From Octopus sinensis (lineage: Eukaryota): a stretch of 64,000 bases of DNA. Numbering within the stretch: position 1 is the first letter of the stretch; the number at the start of each line of letters is the position of its first letter. Positions 10,506 through 23,613 of this stretch are shown here, one piece after another. Location: positions 107,012,001-107,076,000 of the forward strand of contig NC_043000.1 in the NCBI RefSeq assembly GCF_006345805.1, in the 5' to 3' direction. Below the pieces are notes generated by a model, which was not told the DNA's origin, did no database searches, and saw only the letters and a list, made by a program, of their open reading frames with translations. The position numbers and the translations under genes were made by a program.

Positions 10506-11758
10506 ATGGGATTGGCAACTAAGTTTCCGCCGTTTTTTAAAATTTTGGAATTATTGTGTTTTTAAATTTTGGAATCTATTTTTTTTTGTTTTGAAAATTC
10601 TATTTTTGAATCATTTTGGAATCTATTTTACGTGTTTTTCTAGTTAATTTTAGTTAATTTTTGTTCATTTTCAGATCATTAAAATGGAATGTCAAGTTAA
10701 GAAAATCGAGCATTTTCGACAACCCTTTCTTTTTGCTTTTAATCAAGGTTCTAAGGCCGCAAAAGCTGCTCTCGACATTTGTGCTGTGTATGGAGAGGAT
10801 GCCATAGCTGAATAAACCGCTCGTGATTGGTACGCCAAGTTCACAAACGGAAATTTTGACTTCAAAAGCGCATCTCGTTCTGGTCGTCCAGTTGAGTTCC
10901 ATAAAGAGCAATTAAACCAACTTTTGCACTAAAATTCTCATCAAATGACATGGGAACTGGCAGAGAAAATAGAATGCTCCCACACTGCTATAGAGAAACA
11001 TCTTCACTCGATGGGAAAGGTTTAAAAGTATGGTGCATGGGTTCTGCATGCTTTAAGTGACAACAACAAAAATCAACGAGCCACAATCTCCACTGGTTTG
11101 CTTGCTCGTCACCGCTCAACTCATGGGCACAAGCAACGATTTCTTTACCGAATCGTTACTGGCGACGAAAAGTGGTGCCCCCACCCGGTAAACAAGCGAC
11201 ACCGCGCGTATAACAAGCTCTTCCTCCGCGTAAAACGCTGTTGTGCGTTTGGTGGGACTGGGAAGGGATTATCCATTACGAATTGCTTGAACGGAACCAA
11301 ACGGTCAACGCGGAACTCAACAGACGGAACGACTCAACACGGCTATTCAAGAGAAAAGACCTAATCGACAAAACGGAGTTCACTGCACGACAACACCCGC
11401 CCTCATATCGCCAATATGACCAAGGAAACCATTCAAACGCATGGCTGGGAAGTGGTGCCACACCCGCCATACTCTTCTGATTTGGCACCAACAGATTTCC
11501 ACCTCTTTCGATCTCTTTCAAATGCTATGCGCGGAGGTTTGTTCAATACTGATACAGAATTGAGAGCTTGGTTGGATCAATAATTAGAGTCGAAATTGGG
11601 TGATTTCTACCAACGAGGTATTGAAAATCTTATTGAACATTGGGAAGAATTTGTAAACAGCAAGGGTGAATACATTATTGATTAATTATTCTTTTTTTTT
11701 TAAACCTTTTAAAAAACTTTAATTTAAAACAACGGCGGGAACTTAGTTGCCAACCCAA
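10506..11758 (+). mobile_element. Full-length decayed mariner (~1.25 kb), mellifera-like TIR
   Basis: TIR ttgggttggcaactaagttcccgccg with right TA (11759-60); ATG ~10684 MECQVKKIEHFR; IVTGDEKW, HDNTRPH, HPPYSSDLAPTDFHLF; several stops and frameshifts. Confidence 0.93.
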
Positions 11759-11869
11759 TATATATATATATATTATTTTTTAAAATTTTATATTTTAGCT
11801 TAAGCCGAAAAAGATGTTTACTACCTGATAAAAAATGTTATATATTTCACCTTATAATCCTTAGATGAT

Positions 11870-13470
11870 TAAGGATTGTTTGTTAAAAATTGAAAACACA
11901 TCAAAGCAAAAAGTTAGTGAAAATGCAGGTAAGTAAGTAACCTGTTCAAATGAAAAGATGCTGGCTCAAGTATCAAGTCGAAAAACACGTAAACGTGATG
12001 AGTACATGTCCCTTGTAATTATACACAGCTGCCATGAAAGCTAAAAGAAGACTGTTTTGTGTTTGAAACGTTGTTTTTTGAAAACATGAAGCCTGCCAAA
12101 TTTCGCCGATACTTAGAAATAAAGCACAAAGAAAACATATGTTGAATATTTCCAAATAAAACGACAACTACTTTCACGACAAAAGTCTATAGAAAACAAT
12201 AGTAAGTGACAATGGTATAACAAAATGTTGATGTTAGCATCAATCGTATGAAGTGTCTCATCTAATAGCAGAGTAGAAAATCACATCCAACAGCAGAGGA
12301 GCTGATTCTACCAAATGCCAAATTTTCAAGGATTTTCAATTTTTCATAGGATTCTGTTATCAAAATTGTGAAGTGACAAATAAAAGACATGTTTACTAGT
12401 GTTAAAAATCAGTTTGTGAAAAGAATGTATTAAGTGAATATTATTCCTTGCGGATATTTTTAACCGTATCGATATGTTTGTATTCATAGTGTATGAAGTT
12501 AATGGCGCGATTAATGAAGATTTTCTGTTTATCCAATCATTGCCAACACACATGACTAGTGAACCTTATTTTAAATAGTTTGGACAACTTCATAATTGAC
12601 AATTGAATTGGATACGGTTAAAATGCGTAGGGGTCCTATAATGTTAGAAAAATACAGAGAACTCAGGGCAAATATTCGTAGTATTATACTCGAAATATTA
12701 AATGAACTCATTACTGCATACAGGAAGAAACATTGGCAGCAAGAAAAATTACGAAGAAAGTGAAGACGACACTGGAGAAGGCAGTGGAAGCAGTGAATTT
12801 TATAAAAGTTCATCCGTATTTTTAAGCGTTTCCTTTGAGAAGACATAGGCAGTGCCTTTCAACAATTGCTCTTGCATTGTGAAGTGCGTTGGATGACTCG
12901 CAGAAAAATAATTACCCACATATTCGAGTAGTCATGAAAAAAATATTGGTTCAATAAGTTTTTTGTAACTATCTAAGGTGGCATATAGGTATCTGACATT
13001 TTTATGTATTTAAGTTACTTAAATTTTAGTCTACAAGGGAGATCCGTAATGAAATTTAAAGGCGAAGACAAAGCGTGAGCCATTATTACGAAATAATATG
13101 TGTGGTTTGAACGTTTGAACGTTTGCAGAACGATGTGTTTCAATCATTTCCAACACTTTTGCGGCTCTGATGATGATCTGCCTGAAGAAATATAAACCCT
13201 TTTCATTCAGCACCTGTAATATTTAAAGAACTTTAGGGATTTTTAACCTATTCTTGATAGCAATAACAATTGCATTAGGGACCTATTTCATGTAATTGTA
13301 AAAACTGTAACATATTTAAATTCAAATTAAGAAAATAGTCTTCTTGAGATTTCTAGTGACACTTCACTCAAGTCAAGTTTCATTCGAGTCGCTTCAGTAG
13401 ACTTTCAATTATTTATGAAAAATGAGTACTCAGAGCTGGTATTCAAAATATTGAAATGTTGAATGCTAGT
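11870..13470 (+). pseudogene. hAT (Charlie/Buster-like) transposase relic
   Basis: Piecewise translation gives NMKPAKFRRYLEIKH (BED-like), EDFLF..L, AVNFIK, LLLHCEVRW; many stops; cut by SINE-A at 13471; no TIRs found. Confidence 0.75.
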
Positions 13471-13610
13471 CAGGCGTAGGAGTGGCTGTGTGGTTCCTGG
13501 TTCAGTCCCACTGCGTGGGACCTTGGGCAAGTGTCTTCTGCTATAGCCTCGGGCTGACCAAAGCCTTGTGAGTGGATTTGGTAGACGGAAACTGAAAGAA
13601 GCCCGTCGTG

Positions 13611-13674
<64 letters not shown>

Positions 13675-14003
13675 ATATATGTGTGTGTGGTGTTTGTGTG
13701 TCTGTGTTTGTCCCCCCAACAGCGCTTGACAGCTTGTGAGTGGATTGGTAGATGGAAACTGAAGAAGCCCGGTATATATATATATGTTTGTGTGTCTGTG
13801 TTTGTCCCCCCAACATCGCTTGACAACCGATGCTGGTGTGTTTACGTCCCCGTAACTTAGCGGTTCGGCAAAAGAGACCCATATAATAAGTACTAGGCTT
13901 ACAAAGAATAAGTCCTGGAGTCGATTTGCTCGACTAAAGGCGGTGCTCCAGCATAGTCACAGTCAAATGACTGAAACAAGTAAAAGAGTAAATAGTAAAG
14001 AGT
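13471..14003 (+). mobile_element. SINE-A with internal duplication and head deletion
   Basis: Middle segment (ttgtgagtggatt...ccccccaac..cgcttgaca) occurs twice; part of the head is lost between two tgg microhomologies. Confidence 0.88.
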
Positions 14004-14333
14004 ATTTCCCACTACATATTTATGTGAGCATGTTTCTTCCAACTGATTCATATAAAATCCTGATACATAAACAAGATGAATGTTAAACGCGATCTCTACA
14101 CTCAAAATTGACAAAAATTGAGCCTGAAATTCCTGATCACCTTCATGCCTCTACATAATCTCGACAAAGTAGCATCAACAATATCATTAAATAAGTCAAA
14201 TTTCACAACTAATTTCTAGCTTATACAACATACTACTATTATTGCTCATTCATATATATATACGAAAATATATAAATGGCAAATATACGTCACGATGTGT
14301 TGCAGCTACTGTTTATAACTCGGTCTAAGAATT

Positions 14334-14387
<54 letters not shown>

Positions 14388-14408
14388 AACATATTAATAA
14401 ATAATAAT

Positions 14409-14450
<42 letters not shown>

Positions 14451-14632
14451 AATATAAGTGACTAGCAAGCATTAAAATAACCATAAAGGTAAAAATTATT
14501 ATTAATTTATAATCAGGGTAATATATAGCACCAGCTTTGCTAGAAACAGGAGTCAAAACGACTCAAAAACCATAGTCACTTATACTCAGTGGTGAATTTG
14601 AGGTAACGAATAAATAATAAGAAACAACTTAC

Positions 14633-14693
14633 GTTAGCGAGCTAAAATCGCAAATGAGTGCCCAGATGTACTCGTATCCCGTAATTTCGAACC
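14633..14693 (-). CDS. Candidate 61-nt exon (xFEITGYEYIWALICDFSSLx), product unknown
   Basis: CTAAT branch motif, ttgtttatcacag| acceptor, |GTAAGT donor; only one of three frames is open (phase 1 in, phase 2 out). Confidence 0.45.
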
Positions 14694-15103
14694 CTGTGAT
14701 AAACAATTAGTCTTCATCAGTGAGTATCACTGAGTGCTAAAAATACTTGCGTCACCATGTGTGTATAGACCATTTTGAATGCAGCGGCAAATTTCCAAAA
14801 CATTATTGTAGTGAATAAAATTATAAAAATATACGATTTAATTGTTTCCATAAATTTAATCGTTTTCCATACTTGCAGTTGAAAAAGTCTCAATGACTGA
14901 AACCGGTACTGAAGTGATTTTATAAAATTATTTTAGCATTTTCTACCTTGACTTTTTTTTCCACATATATCAACTCACGTGTTCCTTTTCAAACTTCTAC
15001 ATATATATATATATATATATAATATATGATAAAGTCTTTTACAGAAAAATTTTCATCAAAAAATGGCAGCATATTAAAATACCTTTAAAGGTTTAAATTA
15101 TAA

Positions 15104-15295
15104 ACAACTTATAAACAAGGGCAAAAGAAATTATGTCCCTGCCAATATGCTGATAACAGACTTTTAAATCGTCAATTTCCACATATTATACTCACTGTAT
15201 TTCTGTAGTGAGTATAATATGTGGAAATTGACGATTTAAAAGTCTGTTATCAGTATATTGGTAGGAAATAATTTCTTTTGCCCTTGTTTAGTTGT
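15104..15295. repeat. ~190-nt near-perfect hairpin
   Basis: 47 consecutive perfect pairs 15150-15196/15207-15253, extended imperfectly to ~90-nt arms; short loop. Confidence 0.9.
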
Positions 15296-15303
15296 AATAT
15301 ATA

Positions 15304-15368
<65 letters not shown>

Positions 15369-15464
15369 ACATCATACATACATACTACATACCATACATG
15401 CATGCATGCATGCATATACATACATACTACATACATACTAATTACATACATATAAGACATGTAC

Positions 15465-15504
<40 letters not shown>

Positions 15505-16006
15505 CATACATAAGAGGACTACATGAGTACCCGCATCGCTAAAAATAGAAGTTAAAAATACATCTTTGCCACGGAATAGTCACAAAATTAATACAGGCAT
15601 AGTCTGAAAAAAATTCCGATGAACAATAAAATCGTCTTACTTCAGCTAGGTCAAGAAAAACAATGTTGTTTAATCTGACACCATGGTTTCGAATTTAGCG
15701 CCAAAACGGAGCTTGATTCTCTACAACCAGAATCTGCTAGCTAACGACTACTAAAATTTGCCCCCACCTCATCCGTGATATGTGTGTAATATATGTGCAT
15801 GATTGTATTGCTTTTCTTTCTCCTCAGTGTCTCGAATCTCTCCTCTTTTTTTTATTTAAACAAACGAAATGCGTGAAATTCTTTATAAGTAAATATGAGA
15901 GAGATGAAAATACCATTACTATGAAAATACCATCACTAGTGGCTAGCAAATACTAGCCGTACGGGCAAATTAATAAAATATACATACATATATGTAAGAC
16001 ATGTTC

Positions 16007-16045
<39 letters not shown>

Positions 16046-16299
16046 AATAGGCCAAGCTTCAAATCTTCAGAAGCAAGACAGCTGCGACATAATTAAAGCT
16101 TTAATATATTAATAAAAGTATTTTAACTATTCTCAGTACATTTTCAACTTCCATTTTCTCCATATATATATATATAATATATATATATATATATAATATA
16201 TATATTATATATATATATATAATATAATATATATATGTAAGTGTGTTGTGTGTGTGTGTGTGTGTTATGTGTGTGTGTTCTATGTGTGTAGTATAATCC

Positions 16300-16333
<34 letters not shown>

Positions 16334-16349
16334 CGAGAGAGAGAGAGAG

Positions 16350-16401
<52 letters not shown>

Positions 16402-17167
16402 TGAACATATTGTCAGTTCGGAACAAAAGGATGATTGATTATTCTAAAAGCTGAAGAAGGTTTCTTTTTCTGGTGAGAAAAAATAAGAATATATAGTCTT
16501 TAGTTAATTTACGTGTTGAATTATGTGTCAATCAACTATAAAGAGATGCAAAGAGGAAACTATTTAATAGAAAGAATCAAAAAGAAAATGAAAAATAAAA
16601 AAGAAAAGGAAACGAAGAAGCAAAAAAGAATGCAAAAAAAAATAAAATCAAAAAAAGAAAAGAAAGAAAGAAAGGAAGAAAGAAAGAAGGACAATAAAGA
16701 TTAGAAAAACAAGGTGATGGAATAGTTTTTTTTTTTTTTAATGAAACAGCGAGAGAAAAAATTGCATTAATTTTAACCAGTGATGATGTAGGAACTGTGA
16801 TGAATGATATGAATAAAGCATTGAATATAATGAAAAAGATTTGAAACGAAAATGAATTACGCTGTTGTGGTTGGTTCTAGCTGTTTTGTTTGAATTAAAT
16901 TCATTTTCACCCGTAAGCTTATGAAAAAAAAAAAATTGAAATGGATTCCTTCAGGGAAAGTCTTCCAAAATATATTTTATATTTCATCTTTTCCCTTTTA
17001 CTTGTTTTTACTAAAAACCCCTCACAGCATCGCTTTCAGGGGATTTAGTCGAGCAAATAGACACCTAAGGTCTGTCATTCTCTTTTGCTGGAACACTGAG
17101 TCACGGGCACGTAACAAAACGAACACTGGTCGTGAAGCGATAGGGGGACACGCACGTATATATACAT

Positions 17168-17550
17168 TGGCTATATGGTAAGAAACTTGCTTCCCGACCA
17201 CATAGTTCCGGATTCAGTCCCACTGCGTGACACCTTGGGCAACTGTCTTCTATTATGGCCTCGGGCGGAACAAAGCCTTATGGATGGATTTGGAAGACGG
17301 AAACTGAAAGAATCTAGTCATATATATGTGTGTGTTTGTGTGTGTGTGTCTGTCTGTGTTTTCCCCGATCACTGCTTGACAACCGGTGCTGGTGTGTTTA
17401 CATCCCTGAAACTTAGCTGTTCGGCAAAGAACCTGATAGAATATGTACTAGGTTTAAAAAATAAATCTTGGTGTTGATTCATTCGACTAAAACCTTTCAA
17501 TGCGGCGCTCCAGCATGGCCGCAGTCAAATGACTGAAACAATTAAAAGAA
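17168..17550 (+). mobile_element. Diverged SINE-A
   Basis: Whole family layout with many substitutions. Confidence 0.85.
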
Positions 17551-17704
17551 TATACAAGTGAAGGCATTTATATTCCATGTTGTGGGCTTCGGTTTGAATC
17601 TCGCTGGCTGACATTTTGCATGCGACGACATCTTTCGAAGGAGAATGCCATAGCCTGTGTGATTTGTTCTGGTATTTTGTATATTATAAAATCTATGTAT
17701 ATTA

Positions 17705-18099
17705 TTTTCTACTCTAGGTACAAGGCTCGAAATTCGGGGGAGGGATCTAGTTGATTAGCTCGACTCCAGTACACAACTGGTAATTAATTTATTGATCCCG
17801 AAATGATTAAAGGTAAAGTCGACCTCGGTGGAATTTGAACTCAGAACGTAGCAGCAGACGAAATACCTATTTCTTTACTACCCACAAGAGACTAAACACA
17901 GAGAGGACAAACAAGGACAGACACACGGATTAAGTCGATTACATCGGCCCCAGTGCGTAACTGGTACTTAATTTATCGACCCCGAAAGGATGAAAGGCAA
18001 AGTCGACCTCGGCGGAATTTAAACTCAGAACCTGAAGACAGACGAAATACAGCTAAGCATTTCGCCCGGCGTGCTAACATTTCTGCCAGCTCGCCGCCT
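17705..18099 (-). mobile_element. SINE-B: head, young 184-nt unit, then old-type body
   Basis: Head gagctggcagaa.gttagcacgccgggcgaaat, B box GAGTTC/TAAAT; second unit restarts at gtatttcgtctg. Confidence 0.9.
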
Positions 18100-18625
18100 T
18101 TTTAACAATTTCTTTCTTTCAGAAAATAAAAATAAAGGGCAAAATTTAATTTTCGACAATATATGTTCTTGTAGCCTAAAAACAGAAGATATTTTACAAT
18201 TCATTTATTTATTAATCAACAAGTCATTTCCATTGATGCACGGTACACAATAACAGCAGGCAGCAAGAGGGAGGCGCACATCCACCTACATGTGGAGAGA
18301 TACACACGACACATACAACACAGACACACAGATAATATATACTTGTAACAAAAACACATACATGCATTGGCACATGCACTCATATATAAACCCACTTTTC
18401 CGAAGACGAATGCTCATACTTTGTGAGTTAATAAATAAAAATAATTTGGGATCTTTATAGCATGTCATAAATAATTTCTCCTGCTGTATTTTTCTTTATA
18501 TATTTACAAAATTATGAATACAATTTCTTTATCATAAATCACTTTCTCTCTCTCTTTCTCTCTGTATATATGAATATGTGTGTACGTGTATTTATATGTG
18601 TGTACGTGTATGTATGTGTGTGTTT

Positions 18626-18666
<41 letters not shown>

Positions 18667-18829
18667 TGTACGTGCGTGTATGTATGTGTGTGTATGAATA
18701 TATCGACTAGACTATCGGATATTGTTATACACCACTAGTCACAAGGTGCTTTGCATTGTTTTGTCTTCCGAATGACCGAATGATTCCACCCCGCTGGTTT
18801 GGCGGGCTGGCCAGATACATACATATACA

Positions 18830-19115
<286 letters not shown>

Positions 19116-19300
19116 AGGGAGAATTCACAAAAAAAACAAAAGACGAAGACAGGTGGTGTAGAAAACAAACAGATGATTTAGTATAACGCTCAGGAATTGA
19201 AAATGTCTTTTACGTTTCGAGCCTACGCTCTTCCACAGAAAGTAACACAGAAAGAAACAAGGAGACACAAAAAAGGAGAGAATTGTGTAGTGGCTACATG
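19116..19300 (-). mobile_element. ~190-bp solo pLTR-like element with a variant HHR
   Basis: Flanked by TA-rich repeats; shares acgctcaggaa with the 51620 element; carries the HHR motif at 19207-19242. Confidence 0.6.
19207..19242 (-). ncRNA. Minimal type I HHR motif with A6U core change
   Basis: CUUU CUGUGGA A GAGC-guag-GCUC GAAAC GUA^AAAG; stems I and II perfect, core altered. Confidence 0.6.
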
Positions 19301-20919
19301 TATGTATATGTATATATAGTGAAAAATATATAACAAAAAAAGGAAATAGCACACACGCACACACAGTCAATACTTTGAGAGCCTGCTGATATTGAAGTGT
19401 TAAACACGAATGGTATACAAAATAGTAACTCCAATTCTCTGAAGCTACTATTCGGTAGGTATATAAACAGAATGGCTACTTGTGTCACATATTGTTTAAG
19501 TGATGTAGACTCTTATTAAGGTCAAAAATCGATTAAGGCTATTCGTCATATTTTAACTCTACAGAGAAGTAGGTAATAATTACATTTGTATGTCTAGTGC
19601 GTAGGTTTAGATAGATAGATAGATAAATAGGTAAGATATATTGTATAAATATCATATATATGTAATGTGGATGTATGTTTGTGTGGGTGTAGGTATATAC
19701 ATTTTAATTTCGTTTTAATTTTGACCGGCCACCTGCTTGTTAGCAAGATTTGAAGGAAAGCATCATATTTTATTATCCTTTAAATTTTAAGATTATCTTG
19801 CAGATTTATATTGCTCTCTAGATATCTTGATTATTTGTAGTGCATAAATTAGTACGTCGTATTCTCTTCCCAAGAATTCAAGTTCAGCCATACTTGGCAC
19901 CAAGCAGGTTGGTAATATCCTATTACTTCAATAATGATATGTATGAAACTCAAAGAACATCATGGGTACTGGATTTATCAATGGTCAACAGATATTGTCT
20001 TTCTTCTGTATTTCTCAGACCCCATTTGTACCCAAAGGGCAACTGATTTTCCACAAAATAACGTTTTATTCTTGAGGTCACACACAATTTCTCGCCGGTT
20101 CAGTTTTAATTTGGTGACCGTTGCTCTTTTTGAACTGAGTTTCATTAATGAAATACTGAATAAATTTAAGAAAAGAAAACAAAATAAGCTTTAAAAAGAA
20201 TCTATTTTCATATACGATTTATGACTAACAAAAACACTTGAGCTGAGACTACAGAAACTTCAGCAGAGAACTGAGTCTAAAGAAACTATAATACATTAGT
20301 GAACTGCGTACACAGATATTACAACAAAAATCTATCAATTTATACACTCCCATAAAGCAGGGTATACAAATATTGCTTATAGTGAGTGGCGTATAGAGAC
20401 ACGGCTCTATAGAAATTCTTATGGATAACTGCGTACATAGACTTTATTATAGATAACTGCAAGTATAGGAGCCCATCTGAATAACGGGGTAAATAAAACA
20501 CATGAGTAGATTGAAATTCTGGTTTAACACTATCTAGGATGGTAGTGTCATCAACAAATACTTTTCTGCGCAGTTTTAACTTTTTAGCATACAAATATAT
20601 TTGTCACATTTAGAGCATGTTCACATTGTTTTGAAGTAATCGTGTATTATCACATAGCTTCAAGAGTTTGATTATGTGAATGTTTATTTTTAGAATGACA
20701 TTGTAGGGTATATGTGGGAGGCCAATTCTAGCTAATTTTAACACAAAACATTTAGATCTAGCCGATTTAAATGCTAAAGGGTTCATTCGTGTTGTTTATT
20801 GAAAGTGTAAAGGTTAAAAAAGTAAGATCGTTCACTGTTGAACTATCCTCATAATTGAGATCTTTTTAATCGTACCTCTGACTGGCAGATGCTGCCAATA
20901 TAGGTTAGTAACGTAACGC

Positions 20920-21090
20920 TGGCCCAGTCGTCCCACAGTTTTGGTGTTCATTTATACTAGATGAGTGAAATGAAGCAACATGAAGTAAAGTGCTTTGGTG
21001 AAAGGCATCGTGCTTCTCGGATCTTAAATCGAACCCACGCGCTAATGAACGAGTAGGCAACTGCCTAGCCAATACGACCAGACCACGCGA
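20920..21090 (-). mobile_element. Diverged SINE-C
   Basis: gaagcaacatgaagtaaagtgctttg...atcgaacccac... resembles 3481-3650. Confidence 0.5.
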
Positions 21091-21709
21091 TTTGTCAATT
21101 TTGTGCTACAATATATTGTAAATGATTTCTTGCAGTAAATGATAGACAACCGACGAGAGAATTGCGTGGGAGGAAGCGATAGAAAGAAAAAGAGATTCGA
21201 GGCACTGAGGAAGAAGAAAAGCAATACAATCGTGCACATATATCACACAAATGTCACGCATATAATAGACCACACACACACACACACACACATACACATA
21301 TATGTAAATGAATCGCTAGGAGGAATTGTAGATGGATGGATGATTGAATGGAAGAATGAATGGTTTCATATGCATTATGGTATATGTAAAAAGCAAACAC
21401 CCATTGAGGATTTCTCTACCTACTCAATGAAAATAATGAATTACTATACCAAACATGAAATTTCTCAAAACAAATAAAATAGAAAAATAAACAAATAAGT
21501 CGCAATCAAATAAACAGAGACGACGGTGGATTCCAACTTCAATAGAAAACTTTAGATTCCAGTAGAAGATATCGTACAAAAGCGATATAAATATTTGTGT
21601 GCATGGGTAGGACCTGTTGAAATTGATAACACATGAAAAACAAACTGGAACTGAAACGAAACAAAAGCGCCACTTCATTTCCTTTAATTTTTCAAGAAAA
21701 GAAATACAG

Positions 21710-21778
<69 letters not shown>

Positions 21779-21981
21779 ACACATACACGCACACATAAAC
21801 ACGTACAAACATAAAAACTGCAACAACACACATATACACAAACAGTAACACATTTTTATAATGCATACATATATGTTAGTCTACCTATGTAAACAGAAGT
21901 ATATATATATTTACATATACACACACACACACATATATATATATATACATACACATACACACACACACACATATATATATG

Positions 21982-22012
<31 letters not shown>

Positions 22013-22356
22013 TCATATCCACACGCACACACACATATATATATATACATACATATATATAATTCCTTTTTCCTACGTCAATATATGTATATATATTAAC
22101 TCAGTTTATTCTTGATGGAGAGTCCTGTCTGAAAACATACTCAAACGAGAATAGAAAAGAAAGCGGTTCTTTATTTACTATGGTATTGTTAAATGAATAT
22201 ATATTCCAGAAGTATGACTTATTGAACAGTCGTTGTTTCAAAAGAACAAAACTCTCTTTTGATAAGTAGACAACAGAAAGTAGAGATTTTCACAATCTCA
22301 TATCCTGTTATTCCAGTGTAAATTACAAGAAAAAAGTGTAAAACGGGAAATACACA

Positions 22357-22397
<41 letters not shown>

Positions 22398-22809
22398 ACT
22401 CTTTTACTCTTTTACTTGTTTCAGTCATTTGACTGCGGCCATGCTGGAGCACCGCCTTTAATCGAGCAAATCGAGCCCGGGACTTATTCTTTGTAAGCCC
22501 AGTACTTATTCTATCGGTCTCTTTTTGCCGAACCGCTAAGTGACGGGGCGTAAACACACCAGCATCGGTTGTCAAGCAATGCTAGGGGAACAAACACAGA
22601 CACACAAACATACACACACATACATATATATATATACATATATACGACAGGCTTCTTTCAGTTTCCGTCTACCAAATCCACTCACAAGGTTTTGGTCGGC
22701 CCGAGGCTATAGCAGAAGACACTTGCCCAAGATGCTACGCAGTGGGACTGAACCCGGAACCATGTGGTTGGTAAGCAAGCTACTTACCACACAGCCACTC
22801 CTGCGCCTG
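22398..22809 (-). mobile_element. SINE-A, full length, low divergence
   Basis: Complete reverse complement from caggcgcaggagtgg to the (GAGTAAAA)n tail. Confidence 0.95.
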
Positions 22810-22854
22810 TCAACTACTTGCTTAAAAGGGATGCTCTAGTTTTCAAATAATATC

Positions 22855-23075
22855 TTTTATCGTTTACTTGTTTCAGACATTAGACAGTCGCCATATTGGG
22901 GCATCGACTTGAATTATTTTTGTATCGTATAAATTGACCCCAGTACTTAGTTTTCGTAACCCTGGTACTTATTCTATTGGTCTTTTTGCCAAACCGCTAT
23001 GTTACGTGGACTTAAACACACCAACAGCGGTTGTCAAGCGGCGGTGGGGGACAAACACACCGACACGAAAACACA
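22855..23075 (-). mobile_element. Diverged SINE-A 3' half
   Basis: Family tail and central module with many substitutions. Confidence 0.75.
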
Positions 23076-23321
23076 CACCAGCATGTGAGTGCGTGCACTA
23101 AGATAAATATATATATAAGCGAACACACATACATATACACACACTGAGAAATATATATGTATATATATATATACATATACATATATATGCATATATATGG
23201 AATACACATACAAGGATTCCTGGATTCTTGTAAGTATATATATTGATGCATACCGACAAAAGCTTAGTTATATACATACATATATATATACATATATATG
23301 TATGTATGTATGTATGTGTGT

Positions 23322-23363
<42 letters not shown>

Positions 23364-23521
23364 TGAAGAGAGTTGTTATGTGAAAAGCGTGGTTTGATGT
23401 ATATTCTTTAACCATATAACACAAGGCTTCTGTAGTTTTTTCACTCTTTTTGTTTTATAATATATATATATATAAGATATATATATATATATCTATATAT
23501 TATATATATATATATATTATA

Positions 23522-23613
<92 letters not shown>

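Noticed and set aside
11920-11940. Strong plus-strand donor CAG|GTAAGT
   Set aside because: Lies within the hAT relic; no matching acceptor or open exon found.
14680-14725. Minus-strand CTGATGA...GAAA resembling a hammerhead
   Set aside because: No stem I pairing, no proper stem II and no NUH; it overlaps a better-supported splice acceptor.
19800-20600. Possible decayed non-LTR RT (FVDD, FYLPR words on the minus strand)
   Set aside because: Too few motifs and incoherent spacing to support a call.
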